NCBI GenBank assembly: GCA_965228475.1
Contig: OZ245817.1
Location: 1,728,001-1,792,000, forward strand
DNA: 64,000 bases
Reading direction: 5' to 3'
Source of the DNA: Myxococcota bacterium
Lineage (GTDB): Bacteria; Myxococcota_A; UBA9160; JAFDDA01
A program made the position numbers and the translations under genes. The notes under the pieces are model-generated. The model did not search any database, was not told the DNA's origin, and saw nothing but the letters and a program-made list of their open reading frames with translations. Positions 47,000 through 56,885 of this stretch are shown piece by piece. Each line of letters begins with the position of its first letter. The first letter of the stretch is position 1.

Positions 47000-47640
47000 C
47001 GGCCGCCGCCCCCGCCGTGTCTCGCATCGTGCTGGCGACGCAGAACGCCGGGAAGCTCCGCGAGGTGGCGGCCCTCTTCGAGGACCAGCCGTTCGAACTC
47101 GTCGCGCTCTCGACGTTCCCGGGCGTGGCCCTGCCCGAGGAGGGGGAGGACTACGCCGAGAACGCAGCCGTGAAGGCGCGCACGGCCGCCGAAGCCACGG
47201 GCCTGCCGGCCCTCGGCGACGACTCGGGCATCGAGGTGGCGGCCCTCGACGGGCGCCCGGGCCCGCTCTCGGCGCGCTACGGCGGCGAAGGCCTCGACGC
47301 CGCCGGTCGGAACGCACGCCTGCTCGCGGAGCTCGCCGGCGTGCCCGCGGGCGAGCGCGCCGCCCGGTTCTATTGCGTGGTCGCCCTCGCGCGGCCGGAC
47401 GGGCGGGTCGAGATCGTCACCGGCGAGTGCCGGGGCGAGATCCTCGAGGCGCCCTCGGGATCGGCCGGCTTCGGCTACGACCCGATCTTCCGCCCGGAGG
47501 GGTACGACGTCTCGATGGCCGAGGTGGGCGAGGCCGAGAAGAACCGGATCTCCCATCGCGGCCGGGCCTTCGCGGCGTTGCGCCCCCGGCTCGCGGAACT
47601 CTCGCGCGAGCTCCGAGGCTCCGCGCGGGCCGACGGCTAG
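46996..47640 (+). CDS. rdgB: Non-canonical purine NTP pyrophosphatase
   Basis: [42 protein letters not shown] overlap with rph. Confidence 0.95.
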   Translation: MTAAAPAVSRIVLATQNAGKLREVAALFEDQPFELVALSTFPGVALPEEGEDYAENAAVKARTAAEATGLPALGDDSGIEVAALDGRPGPLSARYGGEGLDAAGRNARLLAELAGVPAGERAARFYCVVALARPDGRVEIVTGECRGEILEAPSGSAGFGYDPIFRPEGYDVSMAEVGEAEKNRISHRGRAFAALRPRLAELSRELRGSARADG

Positions 47641-47714
47641 AGCCGGTCTTGAAGAATGAGCGGGCACGGCCCTGCTCGGCGGGCCTGACACGCAGGACAT
47701 TACCGAGACGGGCT

Positions 47715-48356
47715 CTAGCTCGAGAGCAGCACCGCGAGGCGGCGTCGCGCCCGGAACGCCCGGCTCTTCGCCGCCGCCGGGTGGATGCCTCGCTCCGCGC
47801 CGTACTCGCCATAGCTTCGCTCCGGGAGCACGCACCGCTCGATCACGTCGCGGTCCTCGGGCCCGAGGGCGGCGATGCGGTCGTGCAGGAGGCGGGCCGC
47901 TTCCTCGCGGGAAAAGTCTTCCACGGGCCCGGGCCGGGGGTCGACGACCTCCTCGATCTCCCGTTCACCCGGGCTCGTGATGCGGTTCGCCCGCCGGCGT
48001 TCCGCGCGCAGCCACATGAGGGCCTCGTTCGCGACGATGCGGTGGAGCCAGGTCGAGACGCGCGCCTGACCGCGGAACTGATCGCGGTGGCGAAGCGCCT
48101 TTTCGAAGGCATTCTGCACGACGTCCTCCGCGGCCTCGGCATTCCGGGTGAAGCGGAGGGCCACCGCGGTGAGGCGGGACCGCAGACGCTCGAAGAGACG
48201 GCCCAGCGCATCTTCCGAAATCGGAAGCGTGCGCGTGGCGTCCAAGCTGCGGGCGGCGGCCGGGTCCGCGGGCCCGTGCTTCGCTGCGGCCGTCCGCAGG
48301 GTGTCGAGGGGCCGGGTGAACCGGGGAGCCTGATGTTCGGATCGGTCGTCGTACAC
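47715..48356 (-). CDS. ECF-type sigma factor (no adjacent anti-sigma)
   Basis: AEDVVQNAF, STWLHRIVAN, AAKSRAFRARRRL; GTG start after AAGGAG inferred. Confidence 0.85.
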   Translation of the reverse strand: MYDDRSEHQAPRFTRPLDTLRTAAAKHGPADPAAARSLDATRTLPISEDALGRLFERLRSRLTAVALRFTRNAEAAEDVVQNAFEKALRHRDQFRGQARVSTWLHRIVANEALMWLRAERRRANRITSPGEREIEEVVDPRPGPVEDFSREEAARLLHDRIAALGPEDRDVIERCVLPERSYGEYGAERGIHPAAAKSRAFRARRRLAVLLSS

Positions 48357-48392
48357 TTCCGCATCTCCTTCGTCCCGTTTGCGCGCATGGGA

Positions 48393-48418
48393 TACGATTG
48401 GCGGGAGACGCCGGTTAC
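48393..48418 (-). promoter_or_regulatory. ECF-type promoter for the minus-strand ECF gene
   Basis: Minus strand GTAACC-N16-CGTA. Confidence 0.75.
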
Positions 48419-48489
48419 CGGCGCGCAGGAGGGCATTCGGCCGCGCCCGGTCGGGCGGGGGGCGCGCCGATGCAGGGGGCCATTGCCGA

Positions 48490-48515
48490 GTAACCGATGA
48501 GTCCGATCCATCGTA
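48490..48515 (+). promoter_or_regulatory. ECF-type promoter, probably autoregulatory, for the ECF/NrsF-like operon
   Basis: GTAACC-N16-CGTA, close to the GTAACC-N16-CGAA consensus of SigF/NrsF-type ECFs. Confidence 0.75.
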
Positions 48516-48525
48516 GAAGTCATGG

Positions 48526-49155
48526 GTGCCCTTCGTCCGGCACCTGCCTGCGGGTCCGTCCTTGAGCCCTCCGCCCTCCAAGTCACCGGAGCGCGAGGCC
48601 CGGGAGAACCGCTGGCGCGAATGGATGGCGGCGGCCCAGGACGGCGACGCGAAGGCCTACGAGCAGCTCCTGCAGGAGCTCCTCCCGGAGGTCCGCAGCC
48701 TGGTGCGACGCCGGATGTCGGGAAGCTCGGAGGAAGCCGCCGTGGAAGACGTGGTCCAGAACACGCTGCTCGCGATCCATCGCTCGCGCCACACGTACCG
48801 GCCCGAGCGGCCCTTCGGCCCGTGGCTGCGGGCCGTCGCGCGCAATGCCTTCCTCGATCACGCGCGGGTTCGCAGCCGCCGCGCGGAACGGGAGATCCCC
48901 CTCGACACGACGCCCGAACCGGCGGACGAGACGCCGCCGTCTCTCGAGAACGAGCGCCTTTCGCCGGAGCTCGAGCGCGCCCTGGCGAGCCTGCCGCCGA
49001 GTCAACGCGAGGCCGTCGAGTTGATCCAGTTACAGGGCCTGTCGGTCGCGGAAGCCGCGGTCCGCGCCGGGGTCTCGACCTCGGCGGTGAAGGTGAGAGC
49101 GCATCGCGGGTACCGCGCGTTGCGCGCCTGGCTCGAAGGGAGCAGCCATGGGTGA
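48526..49155 (+). CDS. ECF sigma factor (SigF/ECF16-like)
   Basis: EDVVQNTLLAIHRSRHTY, PFGPWL, AVKVRAHRG; overlaps the NrsF-like gene. Confidence 0.9.
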   Translation: MPFVRHLPAGPSLSPPPSKSPEREARENRWREWMAAAQDGDAKAYEQLLQELLPEVRSLVRRRMSGSSEEAAVEDVVQNTLLAIHRSRHTYRPERPFGPWLRAVARNAFLDHARVRSRRAEREIPLDTTPEPADETPPSLENERLSPELERALASLPPSQREAVELIQLQGLSVAEAAVRAGVSTSAVKVRAHRGYRALRAWLEGSSHG

Positions 49156-49810
49156 GGAAACCCGGGACTTCGCCCGCGAACTCGCGCGCGATCTGACGCC
49201 CGTCGAGCGCATCGGACGCCTCCGCATGGGGTTGTTGCGCGTGTTCGCCGGCTGGGCGCTCGCCGCCTGCGCCGTGCTCTTGATGAAGGGCATCAGCGCG
49301 AATCTCTCCGACCCGACCCTGATGTTCGGAGGCCTCGGTGCGCTCTTGTTGGGCCTGGCGCTGGTCGGGCTCGGTGGCCTCGTCGCCGCCTTGGCCTCCT
49401 CGGTGCCGGGCCGGGAAGGGACGGCGCGCATGGGCGCCGTGACCGCCGCCTGCGGCGCGCTCGTGGCCCTGGGCCTCGGAGCCACCCTGCTGGTCGGCAG
49501 CCCCGCGACGAGCGCAGCGCCGACGCTCTACTCGGACGTGGCCTGCTTCCTGATGGCCGTCACCGTGGCGCTGCTGCCCGCGATGGGCGCCTTGCTCTAC
49601 GTCGCCCGCGCCGTGCCGCGCCGCCCGGGCGCGGTGCTGTTCGCCGTCGGGCTCGGGGCGGTCGGCCTCGGCGCCTTCACGGCCGAGGTGGTCTGCATGG
49701 ACATGGCGCTGCGCCATCTGATCGTAAGCCATGCCCTCGCGCCGGCTCTCGGCGCGCTGCTCCTGCTCGGGCCGCTCTGGCTGGGGCTTCGACGGATCCG
49801 CGTCGGCTGA
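49148..49810 (+). CDS. NrsF/DUF1109-like membrane anti-sigma factor
   Basis: LARDLTPV N-terminus, about six TM helices, two Cys in the C-terminal half (ACF, VCMD) followed by His. Confidence 0.75.
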   Translation: MGEETRDFARELARDLTPVERIGRLRMGLLRVFAGWALAACAVLLMKGISANLSDPTLMFGGLGALLLGLALVGLGGLVAALASSVPGREGTARMGAVTAACGALVALGLGATLLVGSPATSAAPTLYSDVACFLMAVTVALLPAMGALLYVARAVPRRPGAVLFAVGLGAVGLGAFTAEVVCMDMALRHLIVSHALAPALGALLLLGPLWLGLRRIRVG

Positions 49811-49874
49811 GGGACCCCTTCCGTTCGCGCGGGCCGAGCGGCTCGCGCGGCGTGCTCCGCTAGCCTGCAACCCC

Positions 49875-50405
49875 ATGACGACCCGACTCGTTCTCGTCCG
49901 CCACGGCCAGTCCGTCTGGAACGCCTCGCGCCGCTGGCAGGGCCATGCCGATGCGCCGCTCTCGGAGCTGGGCCGCGACCAGGCCAAGGAGACCGCGCGC
50001 CGCCTCGCCGGCGAGACCTTCGAGGCGCTCTATGCGAGCGACCTGCGGCGCGCCACCGAGACCGCCCGCATCGTCGGTGCGCCCCACGGACGCGTGCCCG
50101 TGGTCGACCGCCGCCTGCGCGAGCTCGACATCGGCGAATGGGAGGGGCTCTCGCGCGAGCAGATCGCCGCGCGCTGGCCCGAGGAGCTCGAGCGCTTCGA
50201 CGCCGACGAGCCCGGGGCTCGAGCGCCGGGCGGCGAGACGCGGAGCGAACTCCAGGCGCGGGTCTTCGCCGCCCTCGACGACTTGACCGGACGCCACGGC
50301 GGGGGTCCGCTCCTGGTGGTCGCCCACGGCGGCGTGCTGGCGGCGATCCTCGGGTGGTTCGGGCACGAGAACGGCGAAGCCGTGCCCTGTGACTGGCCGC
50401 TCTAG
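49875..50405 (+). CDS. Histidine phosphatase (phosphoglycerate mutase family)
   Basis: LVRHGQS, SDLRRA, LRELDIGEWEG, VAHGG. Confidence 0.92.
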   Translation: MTTRLVLVRHGQSVWNASRRWQGHADAPLSELGRDQAKETARRLAGETFEALYASDLRRATETARIVGAPHGRVPVVDRRLRELDIGEWEGLSREQIAARWPEELERFDADEPGARAPGGETRSELQARVFAALDDLTGRHGGGPLLVVAHGGVLAAILGWFGHENGEAVPCDWPL

Positions 50406-52072
50406 GAGGTCGAGCCTTCGGGCTCCGGGTCGCCCCAGAGCAGGCGCAGGCCTTCGAGCAGGATCCACACGTCGGCCGCCAGGATCACACTGCCGATTCC
50501 GAAGAGCAGCCAGCGGCCGTCGCTGAAGTAGCCGAACACCTCGCCCGTCATGGCGGCGAGGGTCGCGAAGGCCACCGCGATCATCGGCAGCACGGTGTAG
50601 ATCACGGGCTTGCCCTGCCGCTTCAGCCAGATCGAGACCACCAGCAGCGTGACGCCCGCCACGAGCTGGTTGGTCGTGCCGAACAGGGGCCACAGGATGA
50701 GTCCGCCCTTGCCGCCGGCCTGGGTGACGGCCAGCAGGAGCGCGGCGCCGATGCCGAGCGCCCCGGCCGCGAAGCGGTTCGTCAGGGTGCGGACGCCGTA
50801 GGAGGCGGCGAGCTCCGAGATCACCAGGCGCTGGATGCGCGCGCCGGTGTCGAGGGAGGTCGCGGCGAAGGCGATCACCATGACGGCGATGAAGGTCTTC
50901 GCCATCTCGAGGGGCAGGCCGAGGGAGGCGACGAAGCGCCCGCCGCCCGTGACGAAGGCATCGAGCTTCGGGCCGAGCCCGGAGGCGGCCGACCAGCTCG
51001 CGTAGTGCGTGGTCCATTCCGCCGAGCTCGCGAACCCGGCGGTCGAGGCGAGCACCGCGAGCAGCCCGAGGGTCCCTTCGCCGAGCATGCCGCCGTAGCC
51101 GATGGGGCGAGCGTCGGTCATGCAGGCCACCTGCTTCGAGGTCGTGCCCGAGGAGACGAGGCCGTGGAAGCCCGAGATCGCGCCGCAGGCGATCGTGATG
51201 AAGAGGAAGGGGATCATCGGCGGCGCCCCTTCCGGGTGCATCCGGATCATCGGGGCCTGGATCTCCGGCTGGAGGACGAGGAGCCCCACGAAGAGCAGGA
51301 CGAGCGCGGTGATCAGCTGGTGCGCGTTCAGGTAGTCGCGCGGCTGGAGGAGCAGCCAGACGGGGAGGACCGACGCGACGAAGGAGTAGAGCAGAAGCGT
51401 CCAGACCCAGGCTTCGACCGAGAGCCCGGCGATGGCCGGGAAGGCCTCGGCGAAGGCGTTGCCGTAGAAGACGGCGGCCATGAGCGCGGCGTAGGCCACC
51501 AGGGAAGGGAGGAAGATCGGCAGCCCGCGGCGCTTGACCAGCCAGCCGAGCAGGAGGGCGACGACGATCTGCACGTTGATCGGAAAGATCGCGCCCGGGT
51601 TGGCCTGGAAGAGGGTGCCGATGATGAAGGCGAACACGGCGAGCACGATCCAGATCAGGATCGAGATGATGAGCAGGAAGAGCGAGCGCACCCGGGGCGA
51701 GATCACGCCGCCGGCGATCTCGCCGATCGACCGGCCCTTGTTGCGCAGGCTGATCACGAGGGCCGAGAAGTCGTGCACCGCGCCCATGGCGACCGTGCCG
51801 ACCGTCACCCACACGAGGGCCGGCAGCCAGCCCCAGATGACCGCGAGCGCCGGCCCGACGATCGGCGCCGCCCCGGCGATCGAGGTGTAGTGGTGGCCCC
51901 AGAGGACGGACTTTCGTGTCGGCACGAAGTCGATGCCGTCCTCGAACTCGCGCGAGGGGACCCGCTCGGCCTCGGAGAGCGAGAAGACGTGGCGCGCGAG
52001 GAAGCGCGAGTAGAAGCGGTAGCCGACGGCGAAGACCGTCAGCACGAGTACGGCAAGGACGGCGGCGTTCAC
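50402..52072 (-). CDS. cstA: Carbon starvation protein A family transporter
   Basis: GHHYTSIAGAAPIVGP, GAVHDF, LLLQPRDY, IACGAISGFH, LWPLFGTTNQL. Confidence 0.93.
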   Translation of the reverse strand: MNAAVLAVLVLTVFAVGYRFYSRFLARHVFSLSEAERVPSREFEDGIDFVPTRKSVLWGHHYTSIAGAAPIVGPALAVIWGWLPALVWVTVGTVAMGAVHDFSALVISLRNKGRSIGEIAGGVISPRVRSLFLLIISILIWIVLAVFAFIIGTLFQANPGAIFPINVQIVVALLLGWLVKRRGLPIFLPSLVAYAALMAAVFYGNAFAEAFPAIAGLSVEAWVWTLLLYSFVASVLPVWLLLQPRDYLNAHQLITALVLLFVGLLVLQPEIQAPMIRMHPEGAPPMIPFLFITIACGAISGFHGLVSSGTTSKQVACMTDARPIGYGGMLGEGTLGLLAVLASTAGFASSAEWTTHYASWSAASGLGPKLDAFVTGGGRFVASLGLPLEMAKTFIAVMVIAFAATSLDTGARIQRLVISELAASYGVRTLTNRFAAGALGIGAALLLAVTQAGGKGGLILWPLFGTTNQLVAGVTLLVVSIWLKRQGKPVIYTVLPMIAVAFATLAAMTGEVFGYFSDGRWLLFGIGSVILAADVWILLEGLRLLWGDPEPEGSTS

Positions 52073-52106
52073 GCGAGCGGTCCCGAGGCGAAGGGGAGGG
52101 CCGTGC

Positions 52107-53810
52107 TCATGCCAGCGAGCTCGGATCGAAGGAGACGTCGCCGGTGCCGCGCAGGAGGTTCTTCAGGATCTTGCCGGCCGGGTTGCGGGGCAGCGGATCG
52201 TCGATGAAGTCGACGATCTCCGGCACCTTGAAAGAGGCGAGGTGTCGCGCGACCTGCTTCTGGACCTCGCCCGGCGCGAGCGTGGAGCCCGGCACGCGCC
52301 GCACGATCGCCCTGACCCGCTCGCCGAACTCGGGATCCGGAACGCCCACGATGGCCGCTTCGTCGATCTCCGGGTGGTCGGCCAGGCAGTTCTCGATCTC
52401 GGTGCAGTACACGTTCTCGCCGCCGCGGATGATCATGTCCTTGGCCCGGTCGACCACGAAGAAGAAGCCGTCGGCGTCGCGGTAGGCGAGGTCGCCGGTG
52501 TGGAGCCAGCCTTCGCGCACGGCCTCGGCGCTCGCCTCGGGCCGGTTCCAGTAGCCGGGCGTCACGAGCGGGCCGAAGATGCAGAGCTCGCCGAGCTGGC
52601 CGTCGGCCACGGGCTCGCCGTCCTCGCCGATCACCTTCATGTCGAGGAGCGGCATCGGGCGGCCGATCGAGGTCTTCTTCTCGAGCAGGTCCTTGCCGCC
52701 GTTCAGGGTCGCGACGCCGTGGGTCTCGGTCAGGCCGTAGGCGTTCGCGAAGCTCGGCTCGACCGGGAGCACCTCGCGGGCCTTGTCGATCGTCTCCGGG
52801 GGAGTCGGCGCGCCGCCGAAGGAGATCCGGGTCAGGCTCGAGAGGTCGTAGTCGCCGACCTTCGGGTGGTGCACGACCCGGTGGAGCATGGTCGGGATCG
52901 CGCCCCAGGCGGAGATCCGTTCCCGCTCGATCAGGGACATCACCTGCTCCGCGTCGAACTTCCCCTCGGTGAAGACCATCTTGGCGCCGGCGGTGATCGC
53001 CGTGCAAAGGCCGGAGTGGAGGCCGCCCACGTGGAAGAGGGGGGAGGTCAGGAGGCTCGCCGTCTGGCTGCCGTCGGCAGGGATCGGCGAGGCACCGCCG
53101 AGCGAGGCCGCCACGATCCCGGAGAACACGAGGCCCGTGACCTGGGCGATCGTCCCGCGGTGGGTCGTGATGCAGCCCTTCGGCCGGCCCGTCGTGCCCG
53201 AGGTGTAGAGAAGGATGAAGGGGTCGTCTTCCTCGATCGGGCCGTCCGGCGGGGTCTCCGTCGGTTCGAGCAGCTCGGCGATCGGGATCGTGCCGGGCGG
53301 CGGGGAGTCGCCGATGAAGAAGATCTTCTCGAGGGTCGGGAGCTTTCCGACCAGCGGCTCGACGCGCGGGTAGAGCCGTTCGTCGACGACCAGGAAGCGG
53401 CTCCCGGAATCGCTGATTCCGTACTCGATCTCCTCGGAGGTCCACCAGCCGTTCAGCCCGACGCCGATCGCGCCCATCGCCGTGGCGCCGAAAAGCGAGA
53501 GGATCCAATCGGGCGAGTTGTAGGCGAGCACCGCCAGGCGGTCGCCGCGCTCGAGCCCGTGGCCGGCCAGGGCCTTGGCGGCGCCGAAGCAGCGCCGCGT
53601 CGTCTCGGCGTAGGAGATGCGCCGGGCTCCCTGGACGAAGCAATCGACGTCGCCGCGCAGGCCCGCGTTGGCGATCTTCTCGCGCATGGAACGCTCGCGG
53701 TTCTTGAAGACCCGCATCGCGTGCCCGCGCACGGTCTCGGTGACGATCTCGAAGGGCGCGCCCGCCCCGGTGAGGCCCGCTACTACCTGGTCGTAAGTCG
53801 GCTCGGCCAT
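52107..53810 (-). CDS. Class I adenylate-forming enzyme (long-chain acyl-CoA synthetase-like)
   Basis: YTSGTTGRPKG, PLFHVGG, YGLTE, TGD, IRGGENVY, NPAGKILK. Confidence 0.93.
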   Translation of the reverse strand: MAEPTYDQVVAGLTGAGAPFEIVTETVRGHAMRVFKNRERSMREKIANAGLRGDVDCFVQGARRISYAETTRRCFGAAKALAGHGLERGDRLAVLAYNSPDWILSLFGATAMGAIGVGLNGWWTSEEIEYGISDSGSRFLVVDERLYPRVEPLVGKLPTLEKIFFIGDSPPPGTIPIAELLEPTETPPDGPIEEDDPFILLYTSGTTGRPKGCITTHRGTIAQVTGLVFSGIVAASLGGASPIPADGSQTASLLTSPLFHVGGLHSGLCTAITAGAKMVFTEGKFDAEQVMSLIERERISAWGAIPTMLHRVVHHPKVGDYDLSSLTRISFGGAPTPPETIDKAREVLPVEPSFANAYGLTETHGVATLNGGKDLLEKKTSIGRPMPLLDMKVIGEDGEPVADGQLGELCIFGPLVTPGYWNRPEASAEAVREGWLHTGDLAYRDADGFFFVVDRAKDMIIRGGENVYCTEIENCLADHPEIDEAAIVGVPDPEFGERVRAIVRRVPGSTLAPGEVQKQVARHLASFKVPEIVDFIDDPLPRNPAGKILKNLLRGTGDVSFDPSSLA

Positions 53811-53860
53811 GCGGGCCGCAGCATAACGGAAATCGGGAGCGGCCAGAGAGGCTCGGGGCG

Positions 53861-55189
53861 CTAGAGCGGCCGGGCTTCCGCTCCTTCTTCGCGGTTCAGG
53901 CCGTCGGCCATCCACAGGGCATCGAAGAGCGGGAGCCGCCCTTCGGGCTCGAGCTCCTCGAAGCGGCCGTTGATCTGGAGCGCGAGCCCGCCCCAGAGGA
54001 AGCGGAACGCGTAGGCGAGCGAATCGGTCGAGAGGGCGATCTGGCAGGCGTCGCGCCGGGCGTCGAGCGGGAGGAGCCCGCGCTGGAGGTCGAAGCGCAC
54101 GGCCCGGTCGAGGTCGTTCAGCCAGATCCGGGCCGGCTCCGTGTGGAGGAGGCCGAGCTGGATCAGGCTGACGAGCTTTCCGGCGGGGCCCGGCCGGACG
54201 GCCTGCTGGTAGCGCGCGTTCATCCGCGCCATGCGCAGGCGCAGGCGGAAGTCGCTGATCTCTCCGTTCACGCGGTGGCGGAAGCGGTCGGCCGCCTCCT
54301 GGAGCTCCTGGATCGGGACCGTCTCGCTCCGGAAGCGCTCGCGGTGGGCAAGGGAGTCGTAGTCGGCCTGGTACTGCGCGAGCGAGGCCGCGTTGTCCCA
54401 GGGCTCCTCGACGTTCCAGGCGTCGCCGGGGTAGAGCACGACGGGGGTTCCGCCGCCCGCTTCCACCGCGGCCGCCACGTCTCCGACGCGGTTGCTCACG
54501 TCGTTCATGTAGTCGTTCTCTTCGTGGCAGAACCAGACGAAGCTCGCGAAGGGGACGAGCGCGCGCGGCTCGAACACTCGGGATTGCAGGACGGTGCGTT
54601 CGAGCATGTTCCGGGCGCCGGCCTTCCGCCGCTCGAACTCGCCCGGGTTGCCGTTCCAGCCCGCGATCGAGAACTGGGTGAGGAGGACGTCGACCGGGCC
54701 GAGCCGCCCGCGGAGGCCCTCCATCTCCTCCCGCGAGTTGACGAGGCAGTCGTTCAGGTTGAGGGCGCGCTGTCCGCCGGCTTCGACCCAGAGCCACGAG
54801 TCGTCCGAGTGATCCCAGCGGGCGCAGCGGATCACGAAGCCCGGGGCCAGCTCGACCGGGGTGTCCGCCGGGAGCTCGCGCGTGCGGAAGCCCTGCTTCT
54901 CGCAGTAGCGGACGACCTTCTTGTCCTCGCTCTCGTGGAAGAGGATCTCGATCTCCCCGCGCCGCTCCTTCGGGACCATGCCCAGGCAGCGCGGGCTGAA
55001 GTGGTCGGGGTGCTCGTGGGAGTACCAGATGTGGGTCACGCGCTCGAAATCCGCTGCGCCGAAGCGGGTTTCCGACAACAAGGCCCAGGAGTCGTTGAAG
55101 GAGGTGCCGTGCAGCCAGGGGTCGCAGAGGAGCCGCACGCCGCCGTGGGAGAAGATCAGCGAGGCATGGTTCACGAACTCGATCTGCAT
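53861..55189 (-). CDS. Metallo-beta-lactamase-fold protein (UlaG/CMP-Neu5Ac hydroxylase C-domain-like)
   Basis: NHAS, CDPWL, SHEHPDH, LNLNDC, PFAS; no Rieske motif. Confidence 0.75.
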   Translation of the reverse strand: MQIEFVNHASLIFSHGGVRLLCDPWLHGTSFNDSWALLSETRFGAADFERVTHIWYSHEHPDHFSPRCLGMVPKERRGEIEILFHESEDKKVVRYCEKQGFRTRELPADTPVELAPGFVIRCARWDHSDDSWLWVEAGGQRALNLNDCLVNSREEMEGLRGRLGPVDVLLTQFSIAGWNGNPGEFERRKAGARNMLERTVLQSRVFEPRALVPFASFVWFCHEENDYMNDVSNRVGDVAAAVEAGGGTPVVLYPGDAWNVEEPWDNAASLAQYQADYDSLAHRERFRSETVPIQELQEAADRFRHRVNGEISDFRLRLRMARMNARYQQAVRPGPAGKLVSLIQLGLLHTEPARIWLNDLDRAVRFDLQRGLLPLDARRDACQIALSTDSLAYAFRFLWGGLALQINGRFEELEPEGRLPLFDALWMADGLNREEGAEARPL

Positions 55190-55289
55190 GGGGCCCCTGG
55201 CGCGGTTGCGCCCGTAGGTTCGTGGACCGGCGCCGGTTCTGCCAGGGAAGTGCCGCACCGATCGCACCCGGAAAGTGCGCCGCGGCGGG

Positions 55290-56885
55290 CTAGGGCAACG
55301 CCGGCGGGACCGAGAGCGGCCCGCCCGGGCCGAGCGCGAAGCCGGCCCCGATCCACACCACCAGCATCACCAGCCAGGCGGCGGTGAAGGCGATGGCGTA
55401 GGGCAGCATCAGGGCGACGAGCGTGCCGATCCCCGAGGCCGGCGCGTGACGCCGCATGAAGACGAGCAGGATCACCATGTACGGATTCAGCGGGGTGATC
55501 ACGTTCGAGACGGAGTCGCCGACCCGGTACGCCACCTGGGTGAGCTCCGGGCTCACGCCGACGGCCATGAACATGGGTACGAAGACCGGCGCGAAGAACG
55601 CGTACTTCGCCGACATGGAGCCGATGAAGAGGTTCCCGAGCGCCACGAGTCCGACGAAGGCGACCATCAGGGCCGAACTCGGGAGCGCGGCCTGCACCAG
55701 GATCTCCCCGCCCCGGATGGCGAGCATCTCGCCGAGCCCCGTATAGGCGAACCACGCGATGAACTGCGCGGCGAAGAAGGCGAGCACGATGTAGGAGCCC
55801 ATGCCCGACATGGTCTCGGCCATCATGCGGGAGACGTCGCGGTCGCTCCGGATCTCCCCGGTGCTCGCGCCGTAGACGATGCCGGGCACGAGGAACCCGA
55901 GGAAGAGCAGGGGCACGATCACCGGGATCCAGCGGGGCGGGCTGCCTTCGGCGGCATGGAGCGGGGCGCCGGGGATCCAGGTGGCCGCGGCGAAGACGGC
56001 GAGGGTCGCGGCCAGGCCCGCGACCGCCCGGCGCAGGGCGCGGCGCTGCTCGTCCGTCAGGCGCTGGGCTTCGAGCGCTGCGTCGTCGACCGGTGCGGGG
56101 CCGCCCGCCTCCGCGGAGCGGCCCTGCCAGCGGGGCTCCACCCAGAGGGCCGTCACCGCCCAGCCGACCCCCGTCAGCAGGAAGGTCGAGGCGATCATGA
56201 ACCACCAGTTCGCGCTGGCCGCGACCTGGTAGGTGGGGTCGCGCAGGCGCGCGGCGGCGGTGGAGAACTCGGCGAGCATCGGGTCGAGGCCGGTGATGAA
56301 GAGGTTCGCGCTGAAGCCCGCCGAGACCCCGGCGAAGACGATCCCGAGACCGACCAGCGGCGAACGCCCGACCGCGCCGTAGAGGGCCGCCGCCAGCGGC
56401 GGGAGCACGACGTACCCCGCATCGATCCCCATGGACGACATGACGCCGAGGAACATCAGCGTGGGAGCGAGCAGCCATTCCGGCACCGAGAGCATGGCCG
56501 AGCGGAGGAGGGCGCCGATGAAGCCGCTGCGCTCCGCGACGCCGATCCCGAGCAGGCCCACCAGCACCACGCCGAGGGGCGGGAACTGGACGAAGTTCTT
56601 CACGAGGTTCTGGAGCGCCCAGTAGACCCCGTCGGCCGAGAGCAGGCTCCTGGCGCCCACCGCCACGCGCACGAGTTCGCCGTCCTGGGTGACGGTCTTC
56701 TCGACCTGCCAGCCGGCGCTGGCGGCGATGGCGGAGAGGGCGGCGACGCCGAGGGCGCCCAGCAGGAACAGGGTCGCCGGGTCGGGGAGGGCGTTGCCGA
56801 GGCGTTCGATCGCGCCCAGGAAGCCGCGGGGCCGGGCGTCGTCCCCGGCCGGTCCGGGCGGGTCGCTGGCCGGGTCAACCGCCAC
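55290..56885 (-). CDS. abgT: AbgT family transporter
   Basis: IERLGNALPDP, FPPLG, GVAERSG, FAGVSAGFSAN, YRVGDS, ITPLNPY. Confidence 0.93.
   Translation of the reverse strand: MAVDPASDPPGPAGDDARPRGFLGAIERLGNALPDPATLFLLGALGVAALSAIAASAGWQVEKTVTQDGELVRVAVGARSLLSADGVYWALQNLVKNFVQFPPLGVVLVGLLGIGVAERSGFIGALLRSAMLSVPEWLLAPTLMFLGVMSSMGIDAGYVVLPPLAAALYGAVGRSPLVGLGIVFAGVSAGFSANLFITGLDPMLAEFSTAAARLRDPTYQVAASANWWFMIASTFLLTGVGWAVTALWVEPRWQGRSAEAGGPAPVDDAALEAQRLTDEQRRALRRAVAGLAATLAVFAAATWIPGAPLHAAEGSPPRWIPVIVPLLFLGFLVPGIVYGASTGEIRSDRDVSRMMAETMSGMGSYIVLAFFAAQFIAWFAYTGLGEMLAIRGGEILVQAALPSSALMVAFVGLVALGNLFIGSMSAKYAFFAPVFVPMFMAVGVSPELTQVAYRVGDSVSNVITPLNPYMVILLVFMRRHAPASGIGTLVALMLPYAIAFTAAWLVMLVVWIGAGFALGPGGPLSVPPALP

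Noticed and set aside
47641..47714. Possible tRNA after rph-rdgB
   Set aside because: No cloverleaf, T-loop GTTCRA or CCA end visible
48522..49196. ATG-started 224-aa ORF right at the ECF promoter
   Set aside because: Low-complexity alternative frame; the overlapping 48526 frame carries the sigma motifs
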